Assembly (NCBI GenBank): GCA_965603825.1
Contig: CBFDEM010000029.1
Span: forward strand, 310,001-374,000
Source: Blepharisma stoltei ATCC 30299
Taxonomy: Eukaryota > Protista > Ciliophora
Direction: 5' to 3'
Length of the DNA: 64,000 nucleotides
The stretch's first letter is position 1; each line of letters begins with the position of its first letter. A program made the position numbers and the translations under genes. The notes under the pieces are model-generated. The model saw only the letters and a list, made by a program, of their open reading frames with translations, searched no databases and had not been told where the DNA came from. Below, piece after piece: positions 35,748 to 48,551 of the stretch.

Positions 35748-36425
35748 ATGGGCTGTACCTGTCCTTTAGGGGAAGCAAGTCATACTGGGGAAGAAACCCT
35801 TCTTCGTGAAACTGAACAGTCTTTAGGCTTCACAAAAATTCATTCTGGAATATACAACAGAATTATCAGTGATAACTCCAACGGTAGCCTAATTACAGAA
35901 GAAAAATTAATAGAAGCCTATGCATCTTTAAGCCTGAGTACTGAATTTCTAGACAGTAAATTGATTCCAAGTCACTATTTTTATAAATATCTGAGGGCTG
36001 GGAAAAGGGATTATAATATAAGTACCTTGGTTTGTGCAGCTATATTACTAGGAGATGCCGAAGATGCACAAAAAATCCAAGTTCTGTTTAAAAACTACGA
36101 CCGAACTGATGAAGAAAAATTAGAAAACGATGATATTGATAACTTGGTTGGCGATATGATAAAAGTAACTAATGCTATTATAGAAGTGGCCAAAAAAATG
36201 AACCCAAACCAAATTTTGCTTTTAGAAAGTTACAGGATAGTTCTTAACAGTGGGAAAGAGCAGCTGGGAAAATACTTAAATTTCATTCTTTCTAAGACGA
36301 ATAAGGAAGAAAATATTAGTTTGGAAGGGCTGGTTGGAGCTTTTAATGACCCGATTCTGAGAAAAGCACTCAATGCGAAAGGATTAAGAGAAGTCCTGGT
36401 TCAATCAAGCGCTATAGGCCCTTAA
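35748..36425 (+). CDS. Acylated EF-hand protein 5, 225 aa
   Basis: MGCTC; LFKNYDRTDEEKLENDDI; GLREVL. Confidence 0.85.
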   Translation: MGCTCPLGEASHTGEETLLRETEQSLGFTKIHSGIYNRIISDNSNGSLITEEKLIEAYASLSLSTEFLDSKLIPSHYFYKYLRAGKRDYNISTLVCAAILLGDAEDAQKIQVLFKNYDRTDEEKLENDDIDNLVGDMIKVTNAIIEVAKKMNPNQILLLESYRIVLNSGKEQLGKYLNFILSKTNKEENISLEGLVGAFNDPILRKALNAKGLREVLVQSSAIGP

Positions 36426-36570
36426 TATTAACTATTAATAGAAATCGGAATAATAATTTAAAAATTATTTTTAAATATAAACAGAAATAATTTTTTAATT
36501 TTGTGCAAACTCATTGAAACCCTTTTTTTATTACATTTTATTTTCTAAGATTAATCCAATAAATTTTATT

Positions 36571-37281
36571 ATGGGATCAAATTGCAGTTGTGCCGGACGG
36601 GAAATAAAAGAAAAATTATCTAAAGAGGAGCAGATTCTTCAATGCACCGAGCTTTTATTAGGATTGTCAGAAGTTAATGCATTTCACTATGACAAAGACA
36701 TTGCGAGATATGCTCTTAATAGGCATCTTGATGATAGATTACTAAGAAGAGCCTATGAGTCAATGGGCCTTGACACCAAGTTTTTAGAGGATAAAGAGTC
36801 ACTAATATATAAGTTCTACGATTCTCTAGTAACAAACAGACTAGATGGGTATGATATAAAAACCCTTGCTTGTTTAGGAATATTATTAGGAAAAGGAGAA
36901 ATTTATAAAAAAGCAGAATTGTTATTCAAAAATTATGATAGGGACTGCTCTAATGAACTAGACGTGAATGAAGGCTTTGTGATGTTTAATGATATGATGC
37001 AAATTACTTTTGGACTTATAGAACTGGCAAAATTTAAATATCCCAAAAAACAAAATATGCTTACGAATTATGCTAGGAAGTTAAAAGAAAGCAGAAAAAA
37101 TTCTTGGACATATATACAAATGCTGCTATTCCAAGGAGGATTAGTTGAAAAATTGTCAATAAAAGAATTTATAGGAGCTTTTGAAGACCAAACCGTCAAG
37201 CAATTATGCTCCGCTGCTGGGTTAAGAAGAATATTGCTTGAGATTGAGGGTATAGCAACGAAAAATAATAAGGATATATAG
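36571..37281 (+). CDS. Acylated EF-hand protein 6, 236 aa
   Basis: True ATG at 36571 (MGSNCSC); LFKNYDRDCSNELDVNEG. Confidence 0.85.
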   Translation: MGSNCSCAGREIKEKLSKEEQILQCTELLLGLSEVNAFHYDKDIARYALNRHLDDRLLRRAYESMGLDTKFLEDKESLIYKFYDSLVTNRLDGYDIKTLACLGILLGKGEIYKKAELLFKNYDRDCSNELDVNEGFVMFNDMMQITFGLIELAKFKYPKKQNMLTNYARKLKESRKNSWTYIQMLLFQGGLVEKLSIKEFIGAFEDQTVKQLCSAAGLRRILLEIEGIATKNNKDI

Positions 37282-37375
37282 AAAAGAATCATAAATAATT
37301 ATTATCAATTTTCAATACTCATCAGATATTTTCCTTAGATTTCCAGATTAGATTATATGTCTAAGAATTTAATAA

Positions 37376-37792
37376 ATGGCAGACACATCAGAGCTTCACT
37401 TTTACATAATGTGGTTTGCGCTAATAGTAGCGATTTCCTGCTTTTTCTCCCTCAGTATATGTGGAGTCCTAAACGGAAAACCAGTCAAGGTCGGGGTATT
37501 TTTACTTATTCTTTTCGCTGGGTCTAATTGGGTCAATGATGTCACAACAATGCGGAATACTCCAAATTTCAATGAGCCAGGTATCGAGCCAGAAAAACTC
37601 CTTGAGCTAAAACATAACTACTCAAAGCTACAGAGGGATGTATATATGGAGTTTATCGAAATGATTAGCCTTTTCCTTATTTTACTTTTACCTTATTGGC
37701 ATGAGTCTTATTTGGAAAGGATAAGGTATTTGGAAAAAAGAGTTAAGGAAGAAGAAGAAAATTGTGCAAGGCTGATTTCATCTAAGAATTAA
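37376..37792 (+). CDS. BAP29/BAP31-like ER membrane protein, 138 aa
   Basis: 3 TM + KLQRDVY + coiled coil; inverted paralogue of 25999..26418. Confidence 0.65.
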   Translation: MADTSELHFYIMWFALIVAISCFFSLSICGVLNGKPVKVGVFLLILFAGSNWVNDVTTMRNTPNFNEPGIEPEKLLELKHNYSKLQRDVYMEFIEMISLFLILLLPYWHESYLERIRYLEKRVKEEEENCARLISSKN

Positions 37793-38820
37793 TTATTTCA
37801 GCTAAATATTTTATCAATTTTTGCTCTTCTTTAGTGCACGTTCCAGATAAGAAAAATCCTTTGTTTACTTATTTATAAATTTCACGAACAAAAAAACTTA
37901 TATCAATATTTCATAATCTAACATTAATAAGTATTTATGTAAGGAATATCTAGCAGATAATAATAAAAGATAGATTTCATAAGCCACCCTAGAAAATGTG
38001 GCAACATAATTTCTTTAGAGATAGATTGAATAAATGGCATGAAGTTGAGTATCCAAAAAGTTATAATTATCAGATTAATATAATTTTTAAATACTTATGC
38101 AAAGACTTGATTTCCTTTTGATGAATTTTAAATAGAGAGTATAATATTGGCATTTTATTAAATTTCATTTTAGTTTCTGAAACTGATTAAAAATGAAATA
38201 TTATTTGAGAAAATGAGTAGCATACAAGAGAATAATATTAACATAATTTCTATCTATTATATTTCAAAATAAAACATTTTTAGCGCCAATTTTCTATAAA
38301 GCTCCAGTGAAATCATAAAAAATACATAATTTATTAATTTAATTTTTTCTGATAATAGATTATCTCTCTCCCTTTTCACATGCCAAAAGAAAGCTGGAGA
38401 ATTAAATATCCTATTTTAAAATTATCACTTTAAAAAAAGTTTATATAAATTCTCAAAGCTGTTATACATATTTAGTTTATCTAAAATGGCTGGTAGACAG
38501 AATTTGCTATGAGACGACTTTTCAAAACAGTTGGCATCTACAAAGTATCAATTCCCACAAACCTCAAATTACTACAATAAACAGATAAGGATTTTCCTAA
38601 ATCATTAGATAAATAACGTCTGAAATGTTTTTTTTTGAACCATTGCTGAACAATGGACTGAATATAAGTCAAAAAGATCAATTTTACCTTTCTTTTTGAA
38701 TATAGATGATAAAATATTTATCTTAAAATAACTGCTAAATTTCAATTAAATTTGATAGTAAATCTTAAAAAAAGTAATATTTAATCAAATGGTTCAGATT
38801 CCAAAATTATCAATAAAAAT

Positions 38821-41800
38821 ATGTTGGATGAGATAGATTTGTCGAAAAAGAGCAACTATACAGCAAGATCGCAAGGATTAAACTATACTTCTCCTTGAGA
38901 AGCAATTAAATCAGCAATTATCAATTTTCTCGAAACCTTTTTCCAGCCAAAATTTGATTTGAAAACAAAAATTTTTACACAATTTGTTATAGAAATTTGC
39001 ACAAATTCAATAAATTGCCTTCAAATAATTTCCTTATTGTGATACTATGATATGAATATTTCTGGCTGAAATAATTATTTGGATTTTTGGCGATTTATAG
39101 GATTTTTTAGCTTTGATTCAATAATAGCCGAATTAAAGGTTATGAAAATCGCTTTTTATGTCATTTCAGCAACTCTAGGTTTCTGCATTTTTTTGCTATT
39201 AGCTATAGGCGCTCTAAAAACAAGAGGCTGGAAAATTACAAATTTTATTGTTTTTTTACCCAGTGAAATTATTGGATTTATGACTTCTATAGGGTTCGTT
39301 CCATTTATGATGGTATTTTTAATAGTTACTAAATACTCTATTAAAAATGATAGAACTGTTATTGAGTATAAGCCGCTTATAGCTGATGATTTAGATTTAG
39401 GGTTATCAGGGGCAATACTAGGTATCTTTTCTGCTGTTTTTCTATTTTTATTCACTCTGATTTATGAGCTATTTACAGCTGATATCCGGCACTCATTCGC
39501 TGATAAAAACATTAAAGCTCGATCTGACTCAAATTTAGACGTCGCAATTACTTGTTTTAAAACCCTTATAGTAATTTTATATATTTTTGCAGGCCACTTA
39601 AACGTCTACTGATACCTCACATTTTTTACAATTTCTACAGTCACATTGTCTTATTTAACTTTCAAATTTAACTCTTATTATAATCCTATAGTAAACTCAA
39701 TAAAAGTTTCCAAGCTTTTTATCATGTCTGTGGTCGCTTTAAGCTTCTTATTTGGGCTTGCAAGTGATAATGCCCTTGTTACCTTAGTTTTGTGTGTATG
39801 TGCAATTCCTCTAATTTTTGGGATTTTTTTGATGAAAATATGAAAAATTACTGTAAACGAAGAAAATTTTTCAGGATTTGCCAATGATCAGCACGAGTTT
39901 GAGCTGAAATTGAGGAGATTTTTGATGGACAAGTCGCAGCTGAGTGCAAAAATAGCTATTGATGCATTTATAAATGTCAAAAAATACCCGAGATTTAGGG
40001 TAAACAAGCTATTTATTGCATGAAAGGTGAATTATTGTGCGTTTACTATAAAAGATTACTGTTTATCTAGGATAAATTTAGCTGAAATGGGGAATGTGTC
40101 AGGCAGCATTGAAGGAGAAATTCAAGAATGAAGGATTAAAAAATATCTTGACGACAACAAAGACAAAACCCCAGTTTTAAGGTTCTTACTATACTTAATT
40201 GACCTTGAAGTATCCCGACATCATGATGAACATTTATGCTCTTTACTTATTGATCTCTGAGGAGAAGTTACTTCAAGTAAACCAAGACTTCAAAGGCTAG
40301 AGCTTTTAATGAGAGATTCATCAGATTTGATTTTTAAGGTAAAAAATCTTTATAACTCTATGATTGATATAAAAAGTGAAAGAGTTTTTGAGCTCTATGG
40401 AAGCTTATTACAAACAATTTTAAGGGAATATGAAAAAGGTACAGCTATTTTGAGCAAAATAAGGAAAAATAAACAATTGGAAATTTTTATGAAAAATGAA
40501 AGAAAGCTTAGTCAGTTTGAAGAGCAAAATGGAAATATCTTGATTTCTGCAAATAAAGATAATTTTGGCTCAATAGTATTTATCAATGATATTGGCTCAC
40601 AAATTTTAAAAGGCAGAATTTTCGAAATTATGGGAAATAAAATATCATGCTATATTCCTCAGCCTTACTCCAAAAAACATGTGGAGTATGAAAAAAAATT
40701 TATTGAAAACTGCACAAACCCACAAGTAGAAAAACCAAATTCTTTATTTCTTTTAGACCAACAAGGTTTCTTATTAGAATGCCAAATTCTATTGAGATTA
40801 ACTGCTATGAATAATTATCTTTATTTTATGATGTCATTTATGACTGTTAAAACTTCAAGAGAAATTGCTTTGACTTCTGAAGATGGGCTCATTTTTAGTT
40901 ATAGTGAAGGTTTTGCTAAATTAATTGCAGAGCCTACAAAATCTATAAGAAACCAATATTTATCAGATTTTTTGCCTGAAATTGTTCTCCCACAAGTCCC
41001 GCTATTTGAGCCTATTCTTTTGTCTATAAAAGAAAATAATGTAGCATTTGTCCATGGGGTGAGGCGATTTAAATCAACTGATATGCACTTTGTACTCCTC
41101 ATAACAAACCCTAAAGAAATTGATAACTGGCTAGAAATTAATGATATTTTGCAGCTGGAATATTTTGAAAAAGGTGACTCTTTTACTGAATTGGAGCATT
41201 TTGAGTCAGTTCATTCAGAAAAGTCTTTTAGTGAGAAAGAAAAAGTGAGGTTTAATTTTAAAAATTTAACCAGGGTCGGATCTCATGATTTAAGTACTGA
41301 GATATCGATTGTGAAGTTTAGGTCATCTGAGAATCATAAAGAACGATGGACAAGTGAAGAAAAATCAATAACTATTTCATCGTCTCATTATACACATGAT
41401 AGCTCATCGACAGAGAAAAAAGGTAAAAAATATGCAGCGCATGGAAAAACTATAGTCAAAAAATCGGAAATGATTTTAAAAAAGTTTAAGCTGATTTTAT
41501 TTGTTTCTGTAAAATGCTATATAGGTTTTAGTTGTTATTACTACAAATGTGGCTATTGCAATTTATATATCCAACGCTGTTAACCATTCAAGATCGATAG
41601 ATACTTTTAGTGATCTTGGAAATATACTTTTTAATTTAGTCCATATAGCAGAAAATGCATGAAAAATAGATTTTTGCATTGATTCGCCAGAGCAGCAGCA
41701 ATATATTGAATTAGTTCTTGCACCAATAAAAGCGTCATTGTCAGAGCTTGATGCTTCTCATAATGGAATTTTATCAAATCTACCAGCATGAAGTTATTGT

Positions 41801-43078
41801 GACAGCTCCAGTATTGTGGTGGAAAATCTTATTTCTATATGAAATTTTGATAATTCCCCAAAAATAGTAAAAACAAACTTATATGACGCTCTTCAAGATA
41901 TTATTTCAAATGTAAAAAATAAATAGACAAAAACGATAATCGCCAATGCTGAAAAACTTATACATTCCCCTAAAGAAATAGATTTCATCATTATCAACGG
42001 GGTAGGGAATCTCTATACAGCTACTAATAATACTTTAAATGGCTTAGTTCGGTGTGAAATCGATATGATTTATACCATTAGTGAGATGATTTCTATGCTA
42101 TTTATTGCTAGTGCCATTATATTAGGAGTTTGTTTTTCAGTACTTGCAATGTTTATTTTCATAATCAGTCGGAAATATAATGCTTTATGGCAGTTCATTA
42201 AGCATTTAACCCATTTGTCGTATCATGACCTTAGAAGTGCTTGTTTGGATAGATTGTCAGTTGTTCATGGGATTGATTATAATACCGAAGATCAAGATGC
42301 ATACAATCGAAGCAAAAATACACTTATTTCATTAAAATTCAATATTAGCAAAAGGTATTTAATGAGGCTTGGAATTTTTACTGTATTTACCATTATTTAT
42401 TTTTTTACTGTCAATTTTGGCTTATATCCAAAATGTGAAGACTATTTAATTACTAGGCCGAATTTATTAAGAAATTATTTACACAGAAGAGCTTTGATAC
42501 CACTAATAGATTTTTGGACATGTGAAGCAATTTTATCAAATATAAATGTATCGACTATTGGGAAGACAGGAAATATGACTTTTTTTAAAAATCCTCATCA
42601 GGAGGCAAAAGTGGCGATCAGTGCTTTTAATAATGCAAATCGGCAATTAATAGACAATATGAGTTTTATGTCTGATGAACTATTAGCAAAGCTTTTTGAG
42701 ACTGGGAATATCGCAATAAGTAAAAATTTGCAATATGGCTCATATTGGTATACCAATATCCTACTTCAGGATTCAGAAATATATATAGATGACTATGATA
42801 TAAGAGCGTTTTATAAGTTAACAGCGTTTGGAAGTGGTATTCAAATTCTAGAACAAGCAATGACAAGTAATTTCGAATTAATCGATGGTAGCTCACAAGA
42901 TTTAATTATAGGACAACTGAATTATATTATATATGCAATTGTTGCATATTCATTGATTTCTGTATTTTTATTTTTTTTATATTATTTGCCATATATCAAT
43001 TCAGAGGTCAAAAATTTGTTGAAAATCCAGGATATTATGTATTTAATACCTGGAAGTGTGAAAAATTCAAAAGCTTAA
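38821..43078 (+). CDS. Multipass membrane PAS-domain protein (TmcB/TmcC-like), ~1403 aa; introns 41423..41437 (probable), 41509..41524, 41912..41926
   Basis: N-terminal TM block, helical region with LYGSLL, PAS (GSIVFINDIGSQIL..IMGNKISCYIPQPYSKKH), further TMs; frame continuous with TGA=W and tiny introns. Confidence 0.85.
41509..41524 (+). other. 16-nt intron gtaaaatgctatatag
   Basis: Required for frame; same position as 46230..46244 in the paralogue. Confidence 0.9.
41912..41926 (+). other. 15-nt intron gtaaaaaataaatag
   Basis: Removes in-frame TAG; same position as 46623..46638. Confidence 0.9.
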
Positions 43079-43538
43079 TATAAATAAAATAATCTTGCTT
43101 ATATTTTCTTTTTAAAAGCCTTTTAGTTAATATTCAAGCCATTTTGCTAATAATTTTTTATAAAAATATGGACAAGAGTTATTTCTCCAAGCAAGGCTTT
43201 GTCTTGATTTTTTTAGAAAATCGCTTCTGATTAAGATTTAATTTATTTGTGAGTATAGTTAAAATTTTATAATCAATTTTGAATTTTAAATATTTTTAAA
43301 AAAATATAAATAATTCTTATCAGCTCGATTAATCATATGCGGAATTTCTGATTGGTATTAAATTTCTGATTTTAATTCATAATAAGCTCTTATTAGCTTC
43401 CAGTAAAATTCTTGGCCGCATAAAAGACCTCTTTATTAAAAATCATTAAATTAATTTACCTATTCCTCTATTATTTCTCTGATTAATAATAAATTTCTGA
43501 ATTCTATATGTTCTTATGTTTTCCTTAATGAAAATAAA

Positions 43539-46500
43539 ATGGTTAATTTTATATCTGAATTCAGTGTACAAGACATAGCAGGTAATAAAGTCAGAAAACT
43601 CCGTACACGCTCTATAAGATCTCAAGTAAAAGATGCAATTTTTGAAGGTTTTAATGCTTATTTTAAGCCAAAATACCGATACAAAATGAAATATTCTATT
43701 CAAATGGGCTTTGAGATCTCAATGAATTCAATTTATTGCCTTCAGTTATTAACCCTAGTTTTACACCCTGGGGTGAAAATATCTGAGTGAGATCGTTATT
43801 CATTGATTTGGTATATTATTAGCTATTTTAGATTCGACAATATCTGCGCGGATTTGAAAGGTTTACATCATTGTTTTTATGGGTCTTCATTTTTAATTAC
43901 ATTTGGCTTTATCTCTTTGTGTATAACATCTTTGATGTGTTATTGGAAGCGCAGTATCAATGGAAACCTGATTTATTTGCCTGGGAAAATTTTAGAGTTT
44001 TTATCGACAATTGGATATCTGCCAGCTTTGATGATAAATTTGATTGTTATTAAATATTCATTTTACCCTGAATCATCAATAGATGAGTATAACTCACATG
44101 GCACCTTAAATATGCAGCCAATTTCAGCTTTTTGAGGCATAATTGGACTTATTGATGCATTTTTATTATATTTTTTTGCAATTACCCATGAACTTTTTAC
44201 TGCTGACGTTTGCCACTCTTTTGCTGAACGGAATATCAGAGCACGTGCTGACACTGGAATTGATATAAAAGTCCTAGGCCATAAAACAGCTATAGCCATT
44301 ATTTATGTTTACGCAGGGATTTCTAATATAACCTTATACCACCTTTATATTATGATTTCTACAGGCTTTTTATCCTACCTTATGTTTACATGTAATTCTT
44401 ATTTTAACCCTTTTGTGGATGCTTTAAAAATTTCTGTCATGCTTGGGATTTCGATTTTTGATGCTTTTTTTTTGCTAGCATTATGAATTGATGATGCAGG
44501 GGTCGTGGTGCTGCTTAGTATTGTAATATTTCCTCTGATATTTGCTGCAAATATATATTATATAAGCAAACTTTCAAAAAGTTATGCAAATTCTCCAAAA
44601 GAAGTGTCAAATCAGCATAATTTTGAGCTGAATATGAGGCATATGCTTATTGATAGGTCTGGAAAATTTAATGCAAGGGTTGTAGAAAAATTCATTGAAA
44701 TATATAAAAAACAAATATTTTTTATCGAAAAATTATTGGTCGCTTGAGAAGTTAACTATTGTATTCATACAATAAAAGATTTAGGGCTAGCAAGAATAAA
44801 ATTTGCAAGAATGACGCATGCTAAAGCTAGTATGGATGGGGTTGTACAGGAATGAAGGATTAAAAAATGATTAGATAACAATAAAAATGAAAATTTTTGC
44901 ATAGAAACTGATTTTTTATTTTATTTAATTGATTTAGAAGAAGCTGAAAAAGATGATGAAAAACTATGCTGCGATTTGATATCCTTATGGAACGAAGTGA
45001 CATGCAAAAAGCCACGCCTCGGCAAACTAGAAAGTTTAGCCCACAAAGTTTCAAAATTAATAGAAAAACTTAAAGATGAATATATGTCCTTAATCGCTTA
45101 TAAGCACGCTAAAGCTTTTGAGCTGTATGGGAGTTTCTTAATGAATGTCCTTAATGAACATCAATTTGGAAATTTAATCATGAATAAGCGAAACAGCTTT
45201 AAAAATCCTGATTTTAAGTCGAAAAGTGAAAAGAGATTGACAAGATTTGATGATGAAAATGGGATTATACTGATATCAGCTAGTAAAAAAGACCTTGGGG
45301 AGATTGTGTATATTAATCAAAAAGCTGCAGAAATATTAGAAGAAAATATTCATAGCGCTACGGGCAATAAAATATGACAGTATATCCCTAACCCTTATCA
45401 AGACTCCCACCGCCAATATATGACTGAATGAATAGAAAATTGTAAATCAACTGAAGTGCCAACACCTAATGCTTTATTTTTTTTAAATCAAATGGGCTTT
45501 TTGGTTGACTGCCAAGTTCTGATTAAATTGACTGCATTTAATGGATATTTATACTTTATGGCGACCTTAAAAATAGTGCAGTCCCTTAGGCAGGTTGCAT
45601 TAATATCAGAGAATGGGTTTATATATCACCATAGCTCACATTTTTTAGAATATTTAAATTTTAAAAAAATACCTATAGGCTGCCAATATATCCAAAAAAT
45701 TCTCCCAGAAATTAATTTTGAAGCTATGACGATTTATGAGCCAGAAATGATTTCTCCTAATGGAATTGATATAGCTGCAGTTCATTGTATAAAAAATTAT
45801 TCAAAAACCAGAATTCATTATATTTTGCTAATCACTGATCCAACTGAAATAAAGCAATGAAATAAAGGGCTCGACTATAATCAGCAAGAATATTTTAAAC
45901 GTCAGGAATCATTTTTTGACTCAGATAATCTAAATACAAATATTGACCTTCCTCCTGGTCTAACTGACTCCCCCATAATAAAAAAGCGAGTTCACTTAAC
46001 CCGTGAAGAAAACACTGACATTTCTCAAACCATCGAGCTTTCCCGAATTGACGAAATTGCAAAAAAACGAAAATTCAGCCACATTGACGACAGATCCATA
46101 ACTGCGTCGATTTTACAAAGCAACTCTTCATCAGTCGCCAAAAGTAACTTTTATTAAGCTCGTGGGAAATCTACCATGATAAAATCCGAGACGTCTTTAA
46201 AAAGATTTAAATGAATTTTATTTATTTCGGTAAAAAATATATAGATGATCATAGTTATAGCGACCAATATAGCAATTTCTGTGTATATATCAGAAGCGGT
46301 AAACCATTCGAAGTCTTTTAATTCCTTCAAAGATTTAGCAATTATTTTGTATAGATTGGCGTCTATGGCTGAAATTTCACGTTCAATTTATTTTAGTATC
46401 AAGACAAATATTGATTTTAATGAAAATCTTGATTTAATGAACGACGCCATTAGTGAGATGTCGAATTATCATCAAGCTTTAAGGGATGATGCCTATGAGT

Positions 46501-47766
46501 GAAGTTATTGTCCGAGTTCTGATATTGTATCAAATGATATAATGGCTTCGTGAACAGCTAGTAATAAACAAGAGATTATCTATACAAATTTACTTGATGA
46601 AATTCAGGATGAAATTAATACAGTATTTTTTTATTTAGGCAAATAAATTGGTAATAAAAGCAAAAAATAATGAAACTTTTGACGATGAAATGAGATATCT
46701 GATTTCAAATGGACTAGAAAACGTATATCAGCAGACAAATTCTTCATTAAGAAATCTTGTGAGGTGTGAAATTAATAGGATTTCGGAAATTTCTAATACG
46801 ATAACTATCCTTATGGTAGCAGGGATCTGTGTCCTTGGGTTTTGTACAATAATCCTTGTTTATTATATTTTTTATATAAGCAAAAAATATAATGTTTTAT
46901 GAAATTTTATCAAGACAATTACTCATTCAGCATATTTTGAGCTGAAAAGAAGCTGCTTAGAAAGGCTTTGCTCTATCCATGGAAATGATTACAATCAGGA
47001 CGAAGTTGACTCTGTGTACAGAAATAAAGAGCCAGACGAAAAGCTGACATTTAAAGAAAACCAAAAATTTATTATGCGATTAAGTATATTTTTATTGCAA
47101 ACAGCTGCTTATTATATAGTAGTTCATGCTGTTCTTTTTTCTTCTTGTGAAGACTTATTACACGAAAGACCTAAATTATTGACAAATTATATTCGTAGGC
47201 GAGCCCTTGTCCCAACCATAAATTTCTGGTCAAGAGAATCTGCGGTATATGGAACGCCTATTGGTCTCCAAATAATTTTTTCTGAAAGTGTTGTATATGA
47301 AAATCCTGATACAGAACTTGATAAAGCAATAAATCTATTTAAACTGGCTGATGCTGAGCTAATAGATTATATGCATTATATGTCTAATAGTCTGAGAGCC
47401 AAGCTTTATGAGCATTCAAGCGCCCCAAATTATCAGTATAAATATGGAGGGCTATGATTGAATAATTTATTGACATTTGACTCCCTAGCATTAAAGCATA
47501 TTGAAGATGATAAAATGCAAGAAATGATGAAAACAACTAGAGATTATGCTATTATTCAGCAGGCTATGGCCACAAATTTTGATATTATTAACAAGTCTTC
47601 TGAAAATATGATTTCTGATAAGCTGAATTCCATTATTTATGCAGTTGTAATGTATGCATTGTGTTGTTTGATTTTGTATTTTTTTTACTATTTGCCTTAT
47701 CTATCGAGAGAAATTAAAAGACTTTATAAATTGCAGTTAATTATAGCTATAATCCCTAAGGTATAA
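43539..47766 (+). CDS. Multipass membrane PAS-domain protein (TmcB/TmcC-like) paralogue, ~1393 aa; introns 46144..46158, 46230..46244, 46623..46638
   Basis: Colinear with 38821..43078; nine track ORFs join with TGA=W and three tiny introns; spliced length divisible by 3. Confidence 0.85.
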
Positions 47767-47897
47767 TCATGTTTTTATATGAATTAGTGATTATTTTCTA
47801 TATAAAAATAAATACCTTAGACAGGGTTATAACAAATATTTTAAATTATTTTTATTTCAATAATCCCATTATCTTTATATTACACTAAAAATAAATT

Positions 47898-48551
47898 ATG
47901 ATCACCGATGAAAGCAGATTCAATTTTAATATCCTCTACACTTTACGCTGTGCAATCCAATCTGATAATCTTCCACAAGTCATCAATATCTTAAACTCAA
48001 ACCCTACTTTTTGTCCAGACAACTATTTAATGGGCAGTTGTTCAACATTTCATTATGCATGTAGTGAAGGTGCAAAAGAGTGTCTCAATTATTTTTTAAA
48101 AGATTGCCATTGCAACCCGAACTCAATAAGTTCTCCTTATGGAATGACCCCAGCCCATTTAACTGTAATACACGGCAAAAAAGAACTCTTAGAAATGCTT
48201 CATGAAGCCAACGCCAATTTACGAATAGAAGACAGCCAAGGCGAAAATATTTTACATAAAGCCGCACTCAGAGGCGATATTGAGCTTGCTCAAGAACTAC
48301 TAGAAAAATACAGCCTAAAAGACCTATTAATAAAGCCTGACAATCGAGGAGTTTTGCCTTGCCAAGGCTTAAAAGAATTAATGGCTAAAGGAATGCACCC
48401 AAAGCTGCTCACAAAAGATCGGGAAAAGTCTATGAATGAGTTAGAAAGCTTACTGCATTATCTTAATGTAGAAACCTTATATATTCAGAACTGGAACGCT
48501 AGGAAGAATGCGCTTTTTTTGAGACTTTTATTAAGACAACAGTTAGTCTAA
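47898..48551 (+). CDS. Ankyrin-repeat protein, 217 aa
   Basis: TFHYAC..G, GMTPAHL, GENILHKAA..G repeats. Confidence 0.9.
   Translation: MITDESRFNFNILYTLRCAIQSDNLPQVINILNSNPTFCPDNYLMGSCSTFHYACSEGAKECLNYFLKDCHCNPNSISSPYGMTPAHLTVIHGKKELLEMLHEANANLRIEDSQGENILHKAALRGDIELAQELLEKYSLKDLLIKPDNRGVLPCQGLKELMAKGMHPKLLTKDREKSMNELESLLHYLNVETLYIQNWNARKNALFLRLLLRQQLV

Noticed and set aside
38486-38608. 40-codon ORF MAGRQNLLW.. (and a 39-codon ORF at 53495)
   Set aside because: No motif, TM segment or paralogue support; cannot be distinguished from chance.
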